Assembly (NCBI RefSeq): GCF_009914755.1
Contig: NC_060934.1
Length of the DNA: 64,000 nt
DNA from: the human T2T-CHM13v2.0 reference genome, Homo sapiens
Reading direction: 5' to 3' (one strand)
Shown here: one piece after another, positions 13,959 to 28,442 of the stretch
Position numbering within the stretch: the first letter of the stretch is position 1
Layout of the letters: each line of letters opens with the position of its first letter
The notes under the pieces: model-generated
The model's database searches: none
Told to the model about the DNA's origin: nothing
The model's input: only the letters and a program-made list of their open reading frames with translations
Program-made: the position numbers and the translations under genes

Positions 13959-16900
13959 AATGGAATGGAATGGAATACTCAATGAACTCGAATGGAATCA
14001 TCGTTGAATGGAATCGAATGGAATCACGATCAAATGGAATCAAATGTAATCACGATCAAATGGAATCGAATGTAATCATCATCAAATGGAATCAAAAATA
14101 ACCATCATCAATTGTTATTGCATGGAATTGTCATCAAATGGAATTCAAAGGAATCATCATCAAATGGAATCGAATGGAATCATCATCAAATGGAATCTAA
14201 TGGTATCATTGAACGGAATTGAATGGAATCGGCATTGAATGAATTGAATGCAATCATCGAATGGTCTCTAATGGAATCATCTTCAAATGGAAAGTAACGG
14301 AATCATCGCATAGAATCGAATGGAATTATCATTGAATGGACTAAAATGGAATCAACATCAAACGGAATCAAACGGAATTATCAAATGGAATTGAAGAGAA
14401 TCATCGAATGGCCACGAATGGAATCATCTAATGGAATGGAATGGAATGGAATAATCCATGGACCCGAATGCAATCATCATCGAATAGAATCAAATGGAAT
14501 CATCGAATGGACTCGAATGGAATAATCATTGAACGGAATCGAATGGAATCATCCTCGAATGGAAACGAATGGAATCATCATCGAATGGAAATGAAAGGAG
14601 TCATCATCTAATGGAATCGCATGGAGTCATCATCAAATGGAATCTAATGGAATAATCATCGAATGGAATCTAATGGAATCATTGAACGGAATTGAATGGA
14701 ATCGTCATCGAATGTATTGAATGCAATCATCGAATGTTCTCTAATGGAATCATCTTCAAATGGAAAGGAATGGAATCATCGCATAGAATCGAATGGAATT
14801 ATCATTGAATGGACTAAAATGGAATCAACATCAAACGGAATCAAACGGAATTATCGAATGGAATTGAAGAGAATCATCGAATGGCCACGAATGGAATCAT
14901 CTAATGGAATGGAATGGAATAATCCATGGACCCGAATGCAATCATCATCGAATAGAATCGAATGGAATCATCGAATGGACTCGAATAGAATAATCATTGA
15001 ACCGAATCGAATGGAATCATTGTCGAATGGAAAAGAATGGAATCATCATCGAATGGAAATGAAAGGAGTCATCATCTAATGGAATCGCATGGAATCATCA
15101 TCAAATGGAATCGAGTGGAATCATCATCAAATTGAATCGAATGGAATCATTGAACGGAATTGAATGGAATCGTCATCGAATGAATTGAATGCAATCATCG
15201 AATGGTCTCGAATGGAATCATCTTCAAATGGAATGGAATGGAATCATCGCATAGAATCGAATGGAATTATCATCGAATGGACTCAAATGGAATCAACATC
15301 AATCGGAATCAAACGGAATTATCGAATGAAATCGAAGAGAATCATCGAATGGACTCGAATGGAATCATCTAATGAAATAGAATGGAATAATCCATGGACT
15401 CGAATGCAATCATCCTCAAATGGAATCGAATGGAATCGTCGAATGGACTCGAATGCAATAAACATTGAACGGAATCGAATGGAATCTTCACCGGATGGAA
15501 ACGAATGGAATCATCATCGAATGGAATCGAATGGAATCATCAAACGGAATCAGATGGAATCATCATCAAATGGAATCGAATAGAATTATGGAATGAAATC
15601 CAATGTGATCATCATCGAATGGACTCGAACGGAATCATCATCCAGTGGAAACTAATGGAACAAACATCGAATGGAATCTAATGGAAACACCGTCGAATTG
15701 AAACGAATGGAATTATCATGAAATTGAAATGGATGGACTCATCATCGAATGGATTCGAATGGAATCATCGAATGAAATTGATAGAAATCCTCATCAAATG
15801 GAATCGGTTGGAATCATTGAATGAAATCGAATGGAATAATCATCAGATGGAAATGAATGGAATCATCACAGAATGGAATTGAATGGATTCATTGAATTGA
15901 ATCAGATGGAATCATCGAATGGACTTGAATGGAATCATTGAATGGACTCGAATGGAATCATTATTGCATGGAATTGAATGGAATCATCGAATGGTCTCGA
16001 ATGGAATCATTATCAAATGGAATCGAATGGAATCACCGAATAGAATCGAATGGAACAATCATCGAATGGACTCAAATGGAATTATCCTCAAATGGAATCG
16101 AATGGAATTATCGAATGCAATCGAATAGAATCATTGGATGGACTCGAATGGAATCATCGAATGGAAGGGAATGGAATAGTCAATGAACTCGAATGGAATC
16201 ATCATTGAATGGAATCGAATGGAATCATCGAGTGGAATCGAATGTATTCATGATCAAATGGAATCGAATGGAATAATCATTGAACGGAATCGAATGGAAA
16301 CATCGAGTGGAATCGAATGGAATCATGATCAAATGGAATCGAATGTAATCATCATCAAATGGAATCCAAAATCACCATCATCAATTGGTACTGAATGGAA
16401 TTGTCATCAAATTGAATTCAATGAATCATCATCAAATGGAACCGAATGGAATCCTCATTGAATGGAAATGAAAGGAGACATCATCTAATGGAATGGCATG
16501 GAATCATCATCAAATGGAATCGAATGGAATCATCATCAAACGGAATCTAATGGAATCAATGAACGGAATTGAATCGAATCGTCATCGAATGAATTGAATG
16601 CAATCATCGAATGGTCTCGAATGGAATCATCTTCAAATGGAAAGGAATGGAATCATCGCATAGAATCGAATGGAATTATCATCGAATGGACTCGAATGGA
16701 ATCAACATCAAACGGAATCAAACGGAATTATCGAATGGAATCGAAGAGAATCATCGAATGGCCACGAATGGAATCATCTAATGGAATGGAATGGAATACT
16801 CAATGAACTCGAATGGAATCATCGTTGAATGGAATCGAATGGAATCACGATCAAATGGAATCAAATGTAATCACGATCAAATGGAATCGAATGTAATCAT

Positions 16901-19619
16901 CATCAAATGGAATCAAAAATAACCATCATCAATTGTTATTGCATGGAATTGTCATCAAATGGAATTCAAAGGAATCATCATCAAATGGAATCGAATGGAA
17001 TCATCATCAAATGGAATCTAATGGTATCATTGAACGGAATTGAATGGAATCGGCATTGAATGAATTGAATGCAATCATCGAATGGTCTCTAATGGAATCA
17101 TCTTCAAATGGAAAGTAACGGAATCATCGCATAGAATCGAATGGAATTATCATTGAATGGACTAAAATGGAATCAACATCAAACGGAATCAAACGGAATT
17201 ATCAAATGGAATTGAAGAGAATCATCGAATGGCCACGAATGGAATCATCTAATGGAATGGAATGGAATGGAATAATCCATGGACCCGAATGCAATCATCA
17301 TCGAATAGAATCGAATGGAATCATCGAATGGACTCGAATGGAATAATCATTGAACGGAATCGAATGGAATCATCCTCGAATGGAAACGAATGGAATCATC
17401 ATCGAATGGAAATGAAAGGAGTCATCATCTAATGGAATCGCATGGAGTCATCATCAAATGGAATCTAATGGAATAATCATCGAATGGAATCTAATGGAAT
17501 CATTGAACGGAATTGAATGGAATCGTCATCGAATGTATTGAATGCAATCATCGAATGTTCTCTAATGGAATCATCTTCAAATGGAAAGGAATGGAATCAT
17601 CGCATAGAATCGAATGGAATTATCATTGAATGGACTAAAATGGAATCAACATCAAACGGAATCAAACGGAATTATCGAATGGAATTGAAGAGAATCATCG
17701 AATGGCCACGAATGGAATCATCTAATGGAATGGAATGGAATAATCCATGGACCCGAATGCAATCATCATCGAATAGAATCGAATGGAATCATCGAATGGA
17801 CTCGAATAGAATAATCATTGAACCGAATCGAATGGAATCATTGTCGAATGGAAAAGAATGGAATCATCATCGAATGGAAATGAAAGGAGTCATCATCTAA
17901 TGGAATCGCATGGAATCATCATCAAATGGAATCGAGTGGAATCATCATCAAATTGAATCGAATGGAATCATTGAACGGAATTGAATGGAATCGTCATCGA
18001 ATGAATTGAATGCAATCATCGAATGGTCTCGAATGGAATCATCTTCAAATGGAATGGAATGGAATCATCGCATAGAATCGAATGGAATTATCATCGAATG
18101 GACTCAAATGGAATCAACATCAATCGGAATCAAACGGAATTATCGAATGAAATCGAAGAGAATCATCGAATGGACTCGAATGGAATCATCTAATGAAATA
18201 GAATGGAATAATCCATGGACTCGAATGCAATCATCCTCAAATGGAATCGAATGGAATCGTCGAATGGACTCGAATGCAATAAACATTGAACGGAATCGAA
18301 TGGAATCTTCACCGGATGGAAACGAATGGAATCATCATCGAATGGAATCGAATGGAATCATCAAACGGAATCAGATGGAATCATCATCAAATGGAATCGA
18401 ATAGAATTATGGAATGAAATCCAATGTGATCATCATCGAATGGACTCGAACGGAATCATCATCCAGTGGAAACTAATGGAACAAACATCGAATGGAATCT
18501 AATGGAAACACCGTCGAATTGAAACGAATGGAATTATCATGAAATTGAAATGGATGGACTCATCATCGAATGGATTCGAATGGAATCATCGAATGAAATT
18601 GATAGAAATCCTCATCAAATGGAATCGGTTGGAATCATTGAATGAAATCGAATGGAATAATCATCAGATGGAAATGAATGGAATCATCACAGAATGGAAT
18701 TGAATGGATTCATTGAATTGAATCAGATGGAATCATCGAATGGACTTGAATGGAATCATTGAATGGACTCGAATGGAATCATTATTGCATGGAATTGAAT
18801 GGAATCATCGAATGGTCTCGAATGGAATCATTATCAAATGGAATCGAATGGAATCACCGAATAGAATCGAATGGAACAATCATCGAATGGACTCAAATGG
18901 AATTATCCTCAAATGGAATCGAATGGAATTATCGAATGCAATCGAATAGAATCATTGGATGGACTCGAATGGAATCATCGAATGGAAGGGAATGGAATAG
19001 TCAATGAACTCGAATGGAATCATCATTGAATGGAATCGAATGGAATCATCGAGTGGAATCGAATGTATTCATGATCAAATGGAATCGAATGGAATAATCA
19101 TTGAACGGAATCGAATGGAAACATCGAGTGGAATCGAATGGAATCATGATCAAATGGAATCGAATGTAATCATCATCAAATGGAATCCAAAATCACCATC
19201 ATCAATTGGTACTGAATGGAATTGTCATCAAATTGAATTCAATGAATCATCATCAAATGGAACCGAATGGAATCCTCATTGAATGGAAATGAAAGGAGAC
19301 ATCATCTAATGGAATGGCATGGAATCATCATCAAATGGAATCGAATGGAATCATCATCAAACGGAATCTAATGGAATCAATGAACGGAATTGAATCGAAT
19401 CGTCATCGAATGAATTGAATGCAATCATCGAATGGTCTCGAATGGAATCATCTTCAAATGGAAAGGAATGGAATCATCGCATAGAATCGAATGGAATTAT
19501 CATCGAATGGACTCGAATGGAATCAACATCAAACGGAATCAAACGGAATTATCGAATGGAATCGAAGAGAATCATCGAATGGCCACGAATGGAATCATCT
19601 AATGGAATGGAATGGAATA
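13959..19619 (+). repeat. Near-perfect 2821-bp tandem duplication (13959-16779 / 16780-19600) with 19-bp junction microhomology
   Basis: ORF pairs 14696/17517, 15164/17985, 15919/18740, 16183/19004 and 16594/19415 are all offset by 2821. The junction at 16780-16798 reads AATGGAATGGAATGGAATA. One SNP was seen (14492 A vs 17313 G). Confidence 0.93.
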
Positions 19620-20234
19620 ATCCATGGACCCGAATGCAATCATCATCGAATAGAATCGAATGCAATCATCGAATGGACTCAAATGGAATAATCATTGAAC
19701 GAAATCCAATGGAATCATCATCGAATGGAAACGAATGGAATCATCATCGAATGGAAATGAAAGGAGTCATCATCTAATGGAATCGCATGGAATCATCATC
19801 AAATGGAATCAAATGGAATCATCATCGAATGGAATCTAATGGAATCATTGAACGGAATTGCATGGAATCGTCATCGAATGAATTGAATGCAATCATTGAA
19901 TGGTCTCGAACGGAATCATCTTCAAATGGAATGGAATGGAATCATCGCATAGAATCGAATGGAATTATCATCGAATGGACTCAAATGGAATCAACATCAA
20001 ACGGAATCAAACGGAATTATCGAATGGAATCGAAGAGAATCATCGAATGGACTCGAATGGAATCATCTAATGAAATAGAATGGAATAATCCATGGACTCG
20101 AATGCACTCATCATAAAATGGAATCGAATGGAATAGTCGAATGGACTCGAGTGGAATAAACATTCAACGGAATCGAATGGAATCATCACCGGATGGAAAC
20201 GAATGGAATCATCATCGAATGGAATCGAATGGAA

Positions 20235-20790
20235 TCATCAAATTGAATCAGATGGAATCATCATCAAATGGAATCGAATAGAATTGTGGAATGAAATCCA
20301 ATGTGATCATCATCGAATGGACTCGAACGGAATCATCATCCAATGGAAACTAATGGAATCAACATCGAATGGAATCGAATGGAAACGCCATCCAATTGAA
20401 ACGAATGGAATTATCATGAAATTGAAATGGATGGACTCATCATTGAATGGATTCGAATGGAATCACCGAATGAAATTGATAGAAATCATCATCAAATGGA
20501 ATCGAATGGAATCATCAAATGGAATGAGATGAAATCATCATCAAATGGAATCGAATAGAATTATGGAGTGAAATCCAATGTTATCATCATCGAATGGACA
20601 CGAACGGAATCATCATCCAATGGAAACAAATGGAATCAACATCGAATGGAATCGTATGGAAACACCATCGAAAGGAAACGAATGGAATTATCATGAAATT
20701 GAAATGGATGGACTCATCATCGAATGGATTCGAATGGAATCACCGAATGAAATTGATAGAAATCATCATCAAATGGAATCGAATGGAATC
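20235..20790 (+). repeat. 277-bp local tandem duplication within a unit (ends approximate)
   Basis: AAATCCAATG occurs at 20294 and again at 20571. The GAAATTGATAGAAATC segment is also repeated (~20472 and ~20749). Confidence 0.8.
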
Positions 20791-23700
20791 ATTGAATGGA
20801 ATCGAATGGAATCATCATCAGATGGAAATGAATGGAATCATCACTGAATGGAATCGAATGGATTCATTGAATGGAATCTGATGGAATCATCGAATGGACT
20901 TGAATGGAATCATTGAATGGACTCGAATGGAATCTTTATTGAATGGAATTGAATGGAATCATCGAATGGTCTCGAATGGAATCATTATCAAATGGAATCG
21001 AATGGAATCACCGAATAGAATCGAATGGAACAATCATCGAATGGACTCAAATGGAATTATCCTCAAATGGAATCGAATGGATTTATCGAATGCAATCGAA
21101 TGGAATTATCGAAAGCAATCGAATAGAATCATCGAATGGACTCGAATGGAATCATCGAATGGAATGGAATGGAAGAGTCAATGAACTCGAATGGAATCAT
21201 CATTGAATGGAATCGAATGGAATCATCGATTGGAATCGAATGGAATCATGATCAAATGTAATCGAATGTAATCATCATCAAATGGAATCGAAAATCACCA
21301 TCATCAATTGCTACTGAATGGAATTGTCATCAAATGGAATTCAAAGGAATCATCATCAAATGGAACCGAATGGAATCCTCATTGAATGGAAATGAAAGGA
21401 GTCATCATCTAATGGAATCGCATGGAATCATCATCAAATGGAATCGAATGGAATCATCATCAAATGGAATCGAATGGAATCATTGAACGGAATTGAATCG
21501 AATCGTCATCGAATGAATTGAATGCAATCATCGAATGGTCTCGAATGGAATCATCTTCAAATGGAAAGGAATGGAATCATCGCATAGAATCGAATGGAAT
21601 TATCATCGAATGGACTCGAATGGAATCAACATCAAACGGAATCAAACGGAATTATCGAATGGAAGCGAAGAGAATCATCGAATGGACTCGAATGGAATCA
21701 TCTAATTGAATGGAATGGAATAATCCATGGACCCGAATGCAATCATCATCGAATAGAATCGAATGCAATCATCGAATGGACTCGAATGGAATAATCATTG
21801 AACGAAATCGAATGGAATCATCGTCGAATGGAAACGAATGGAATCATCATCGAATGGAAATGAAAGGAGTCATCATCTAATGGAATCGCATGGAATCATC
21901 ATCAAATGGAATCAAATGGAATCATCATCGAATGGAATCTAATGGAATCATTGAACGGAATTGCATGGAAACGTCATCGAATGAATTGAATGCAATCATC
22001 GAATGGTCTCGAATGGAATCATCTTCAAATGGAATGGAATGGAATCATCGCATAGAATCGAATGGAATTATCATTGAATGGACTCAAATGGAATCAACAT
22101 CAAACGGAATCAAACGGAATTATCGAATGGAATCGAAGAGAATCATCGAATGGACTCGAATGGAATCATCTAATGAAATAGAATGGAATAATCCATGGAC
22201 TCGAATGCAATCATCATCAAATGGAATTGAATGGAATCGTCGAATGGACTCGAGTGGAATAAACATTCAACGGAATCGAATAGAATCGTCACCGGATGGA
22301 AACGAATGGAATCATCATCGAATGGAATCGAATGGAATCATCAAATGGAATCAGATGGAATCATCATCAAATGGAATCAAATAGAATTATGGAATGAAAT
22401 CCAATGTGATCATCATCGAATGGACTCAAACGGAATCATCATCCAATGGAAACTAATGGAATCAACATCGAATGGAATCGAATGGAAACGCCATCGAATT
22501 GAAACGAATGGAATTATCATGAAATTGAAATGGATGGACTCATCATCGAATGGATTCGAATGGAATCACCGAATGAAATTGATAGAAATCATCATCAAAT
22601 GGAATCGAATGGAATCATTGAATGGAATCGAATGGAATCATCATCAGATGGAAATGAATGGAATCATCATTGAATGGAATCGAATGGATTCTTTGAATGG
22701 AATCTGATGGAATCATCGAATGGTCTTGAATGGAATCATTGAATGGACTCGAATGGAATCTTTATTGAATGGAATTGAATGGAATCATCGAATGGTCACG
22801 AATGGAATCATATCAAATGGAATCGAATGGAATCACCGAATAGAATCGAATGGAACAATCATCGAATGGACTCAAATGGAATTATCCTCAAATGGAATCA
22901 AATGGAATTATCGAATGCAATCGAATGGAATTATCGAATGCAATCGAATAGAATCATCGAATGGACTCGAATGGTATCATCGAATGGAACGGAATGGAAT
23001 AGTCAATGAACTCGAATGGAATCATCATTGAATGGAATTGAATGGAATCATCGAGTGGAATCGAATGGAATCATGATCAAATGGAATCGAATGTAATCAT
23101 CATCAAATGGAATCCAAATTAACCATCATCACTTGGTATTGAATGGAATTGTCATCAAATGGAATTCAAAGGAATCATCATGAAATGGAACCGAATGGAA
23201 TCATCATTGAATGGGAATGAAAGGAGTCATCATCTAATGGAATCGCATGGAATCATCATCAAATGGAATCGAATGGAATCATCATCAAATGGAATCTAAT
23301 GGAATCATTGAACGGAATTGAATGGAATCGTCATCGAATGAATTGAGTGCAATCATCAAATGGTCTAGAAAGGAATAATCTTCAAATGGAAAGGAATGGA
23401 ATCATCTCATAGAATCGAATGGAATTATCAACGAATGGACTCGAATGGGATCAACATCAAACGGAATTATCGAATGGAATCGAAGAGAATCATCGAATGG
23501 CCACGAATGGAATCATCTAATGGAATGGAATGGAATAATCCATGGACCCGAATGCAATCATCATCGAATAGAATCGAATGGAATCATCGAATGGACACGA
23601 ATGGAATAATCATTGAACGGAATCGAATGGAATCATCGTCGAATGGAAACGCATGGAATCATCATCGAATGGAAATGAAAGGAGTCATCATCTAATGGAA

Positions 23701-26700
23701 TCGCACGGAATCATCATCAAATGGAATCGAATGGAATCATCATCGAATGGAATCTAATGGAATAATTGAACGGAAGTGAATGGAATCGTCATCGAATGAA
23801 TTGAAAGCAATCATCGAATGGTCTCGAATGTAACCATCTTCAAATGGAATGGAATGGAATCATCGCATAGAATCGAATGGAATTATCATCGAATGGACTC
23901 AAATGGAATCAACATCAAACGGAATCAAACGGAATTATCGAATGGAATCGAAGAGAATCATCGAATGGACTCGAATGGAATCATCTAATGAAATAGAATG
24001 GAATAATCCCTGGACTCGAATGCAATCATCATCAAATGGAATCGAATGGAATCGTCGAATGGACTCGAGTGGAATAAACATTGAAGGGAATCGAATGGAA
24101 TCGTCACCGGATGGAAACGAATGGAATCATCATCGAATGGAATCGAATGGAATCATCAAATGGAATCAGATGAAATCATCATCAAATGGATTCGAATAGA
24201 ATTATGGAATGAAATCCAATGTGATCATCATCGAATGGACACGAACGGAATCATCATCCAATGGAAACAAATGGAATCAACATCGAATGGAATCGAATGG
24301 AAACGCCATCGAAAGGAAACGAATGGAATTATCATGAAATTGAAATGGATGCACTCATCATCGAATGGATTCGAATGGAATCACCGAATGAAATTGATAG
24401 AAATCATCATCAAATGGAATCGAATGGAATCATTGAATGGAATCGAATGGAATCATCATCAGATGGAAATGAATGGAATCATCACTGAATGGAATCGAAT
24501 GGATTCATTGAATGGAATCTGATGGAATCATCGAATGGACTTGAATGGAATCATTGAATGGACTCGAATGTAATCTTTATTGAATGGAATTGAATGGAAT
24601 CATCGAATGGTCTCGAATGGAATCATTATCAAATGGAATCGAATGGAATCACCGAATAGAATCGAATGGAACAATCATCGAATGGACTCAAATGGAAATA
24701 TCCTCAAATGGAATCGAATGGATTTATCGAATGCAATCGAATGGAATTATCGAAAGCGATCGAATAGAATCATCGAACGGACTCGAATGGAATCATCGAA
24801 TGGAATGGAATGAAAGAGTCAATGAACTCGAATGGAATCATCATTGAATGGAATCGAATGGAATCATCGAGTGGAATCGAATGGAATCATGATCAAATGG
24901 AATCGAATGTAATCATCATCAAATGGAATCCAAAATCACCATCATCAATTGGTACTGAATGGAATTGTCATCAAATGGAATTCAAAGGAATCATCATCAA
25001 ATGGAACCGAATGGAATCCTCATTGAATGGAAATGAAAGGAGTCATCATCTAATGGAATCGCATGGAATCATCAACAAATGGAATCGAATGGAATCATTG
25101 AACGGAATTGAATCGAATCGTCATCGAATGAATTGAATGCAATCATCGAATGGTCTCGAATGGAATCATCTTCAAATGGAAAGGAATGGAATCATCGCAT
25201 AGAATCGAATGGAATTATCATCGAATGGACTCGAATGGAATCAACATCAAACGGAATCAAACGGAATTATCGAATGCAATCGAATGGAATTATCGAATGC
25301 AATCGAATAGAATCATCGAATGGACTCGAATGGTATCATCGAATGGAACGGAATGGAATAGTCAATGAACTCGAATGGAATCATCATTGAATGGAATTGA
25401 ATGGAATCATCGAGTGGAATCGAATGGAATCATGATCAAATGGAATCGAATGTAATCATCATCAAATGGAATCCAAATTAACCATCATCACTTGGTATTG
25501 AATGGAATTGTCATCAAATGGAATTCAAAGGAATCATCATGAAATGGAACCGAATGGAATCATCATTGAATGGAAATGAAAGGAGTCATCATCTAATGGA
25601 ATCGCATGGAATCATCATCAAATGGAATCGAATGGAATCATCATCAAATGGAATCTAATGGAATCATTGAACGGAATTGAATGGAATCGTCATCGAATGA
25701 ATTGAGTGCAATCATCGAATGGTCTCGAAAGGAATAATCTTCAAATGGAAAGGAATGGAATCATCTCATAGAATCGAATGGAATTATCAACGAATGGACT
25801 CGAATGGAATCAACATCAAACGGAATTATCGAATGGAATCGAAGAGAATCATCGAATGGCCACGAATGGAATCATCTAATGGAATGGAATGGAATAATCC
25901 ATGGACCCGAATGCAATCATCATCGAATAGAATCGAATGGAATCATCGAATGGACACGAATGGAATAATCATTGAACGGAATCGAATGGAATCATCATCG
26001 AATGGAAACGCATGGAATCATCATCGAATGGAAATGAAAGGAGTCATCATCTAATGGAATCGCACGGAATCATCATCAAATGGAATCGAATGGAATCATC
26101 ATCGAATGGAATCTAGTGGAATAATTGAACGGAAGTGAATGGAATCGTCATCGAATGAATTGAATGCAATCATCGAATGGTCTCGAATGTAACCATCTTC
26201 AAATGGAATGGAATGGAATCATCGCATAGAATCGAATGGAATTATCATCGAATGGACTCAAATGGAATCAACATCAAACGGAATCAAACGGAATTATCGA
26301 ATGGAATCGAAGAGAATCATCGAATGGACTCGAATGGAATCATCTAATGAAATAGAATGGAATAATCCATGGACTCGAATGCAATCATCATCAAATGGAA
26401 TCGAATGGAATAGTCGAATGGACTCGAGTGGAATAAACATTGAACGGAATCAAATGGAATCGTCACCGGATGGAAACGAATGGAATCATCATCGAATGGA
26501 ATCGAATGGAATCATCAAATGGAATCAGATGGAATCATCATCAAAAGGAATCGAATAGAATTATGGAATGAAATCAAATGTGATCATCATCGAATGGACT
26601 CGAACGGAATCATCATCCAATGGAAACTAATGGAATCAACATCAAATGGAATCGAATGGAAACACCATCGAATTGAAAAGAATGGAATTATCATGAAATT

Positions 26701-28442
26701 GAAATGGATGGACTCATCATCGAATGGATTTGAATGGAATCACCGAATGAAATTGATTGAAATCATCATCGAATGGAATCATTGAATGGAATCGAATGGA
26801 ATCATCATCAGATGGAAATGAACGGAATCATCATAGAATGGAATCGAACGGATTCATTGAATGGAATCAGATGGAATCATCGAATGGACATGAATGGAAT
26901 CATTGAACGGACTCGAATGGAATCATTATTGAATAGAATTGAATGGAATCATTGAACGGCCTCAAATGGAATAATTATGAAATGAAATCGAATGGAATCA
27001 CCGAATAGAATCGAATGGAACAATCATCGAATGCACTCAAATGGAATTATCCTCAAATGGAATCGAATGGAATTATCGAATGCAATCGAATAGAATCATC
27101 GAATGGACTCGAATGGTATCATCGAATGGAACGGAATGGAATAGTCAATGAACTCGAATGGAATCATCATTGAATGGAATCGAATGGAATCATCGAGTGG
27201 AATCGAATGGAATCATGATCAAATGCAATCGAATGTAATCATCATCAAATGGAATCCAAATTAACAATCATCACTTGGTATTGAATGGAATTGTCATCAA
27301 ATGGAATTCAAAGGAATCATCATGAAGTGGAACCGAATGGAATCATCATTGAATGGAAATGAAAGGAGTCATCATCTAATGGAATCGCATGGAATCATCA
27401 TCAAATGGAATCGAATGGAATCATCATCAAATGGAATCTAATGGAATCATTGAACGGAATTGAATGGAATCGTCATCGAATGAATTGAGTGCAATCATCG
27501 AATGGTCTCGAATGGAATCATCTTCAAATGGAAAGGAATGGAATCATCGCATAGAATCGAATGGAATTATCATCGAATGGACCCGAATGGAATCAACATC
27601 AAACGGAATCAAACGGAATTATCGAATGGAATCGAAGAGAATCATCGAATGGCCACGAATGGAATCATCTAATGGAATGGAATGGAATAAACCATGGACC
27701 CGAATACAATCATCATCGAATAGAATCGAATGGAATCATCGAATGGACTCGAATGGAATCATCATTGAACGCAATCGAATGGAATCATCGAGTGGAATCG
27801 AATGGAATCATGATCAAATGGAATCGAATGTAATCATCATCAAATGGAATCCAAAATCACCATCATCAATTGGTACTGAATGGAATTGTCATCAAATGGA
27901 ATTCAAAGGAATCATCATCAAATGGAACCGAATGGAATCCTCATTGAATGGAAATGAAAGGAGTCATCATCTAATGGAATCGCATGGAATCATCATCAAA
28001 TGGAATCGAATGGAATCATCATCAAATGGAATCGAATGGAATCATTGAACGGAATTGAATCGAATCGTCATCGAATGAATTGAATGCAATCATCGAATGG
28101 TCTCGAATGGAATCATCTTCAAATGGAAAGGAATGGAATCATCGCATAGAATCGAATGGAATTATCATCGAATGGACTCGAATGGAATCAACATCAAACG
28201 GAATCAAACGGAATTATCGAATGGAAGCGAAGAGAATCATCGAATGGACTCGAATGGAATCATCTAATGGAATGGAATGGAATAATCCATGGACCCGAAT
28301 GCAATCATCATCGAATAGAATCGAATGCAATCATCGAACGGACTCGAATGGAATAATCATTGAACGAAATCGAATGGAATCATCGTCGAATGGAAACGAA
28401 TGGAATCATCATCGAATGGAAATGAAAGGAGTCATCATCTAA

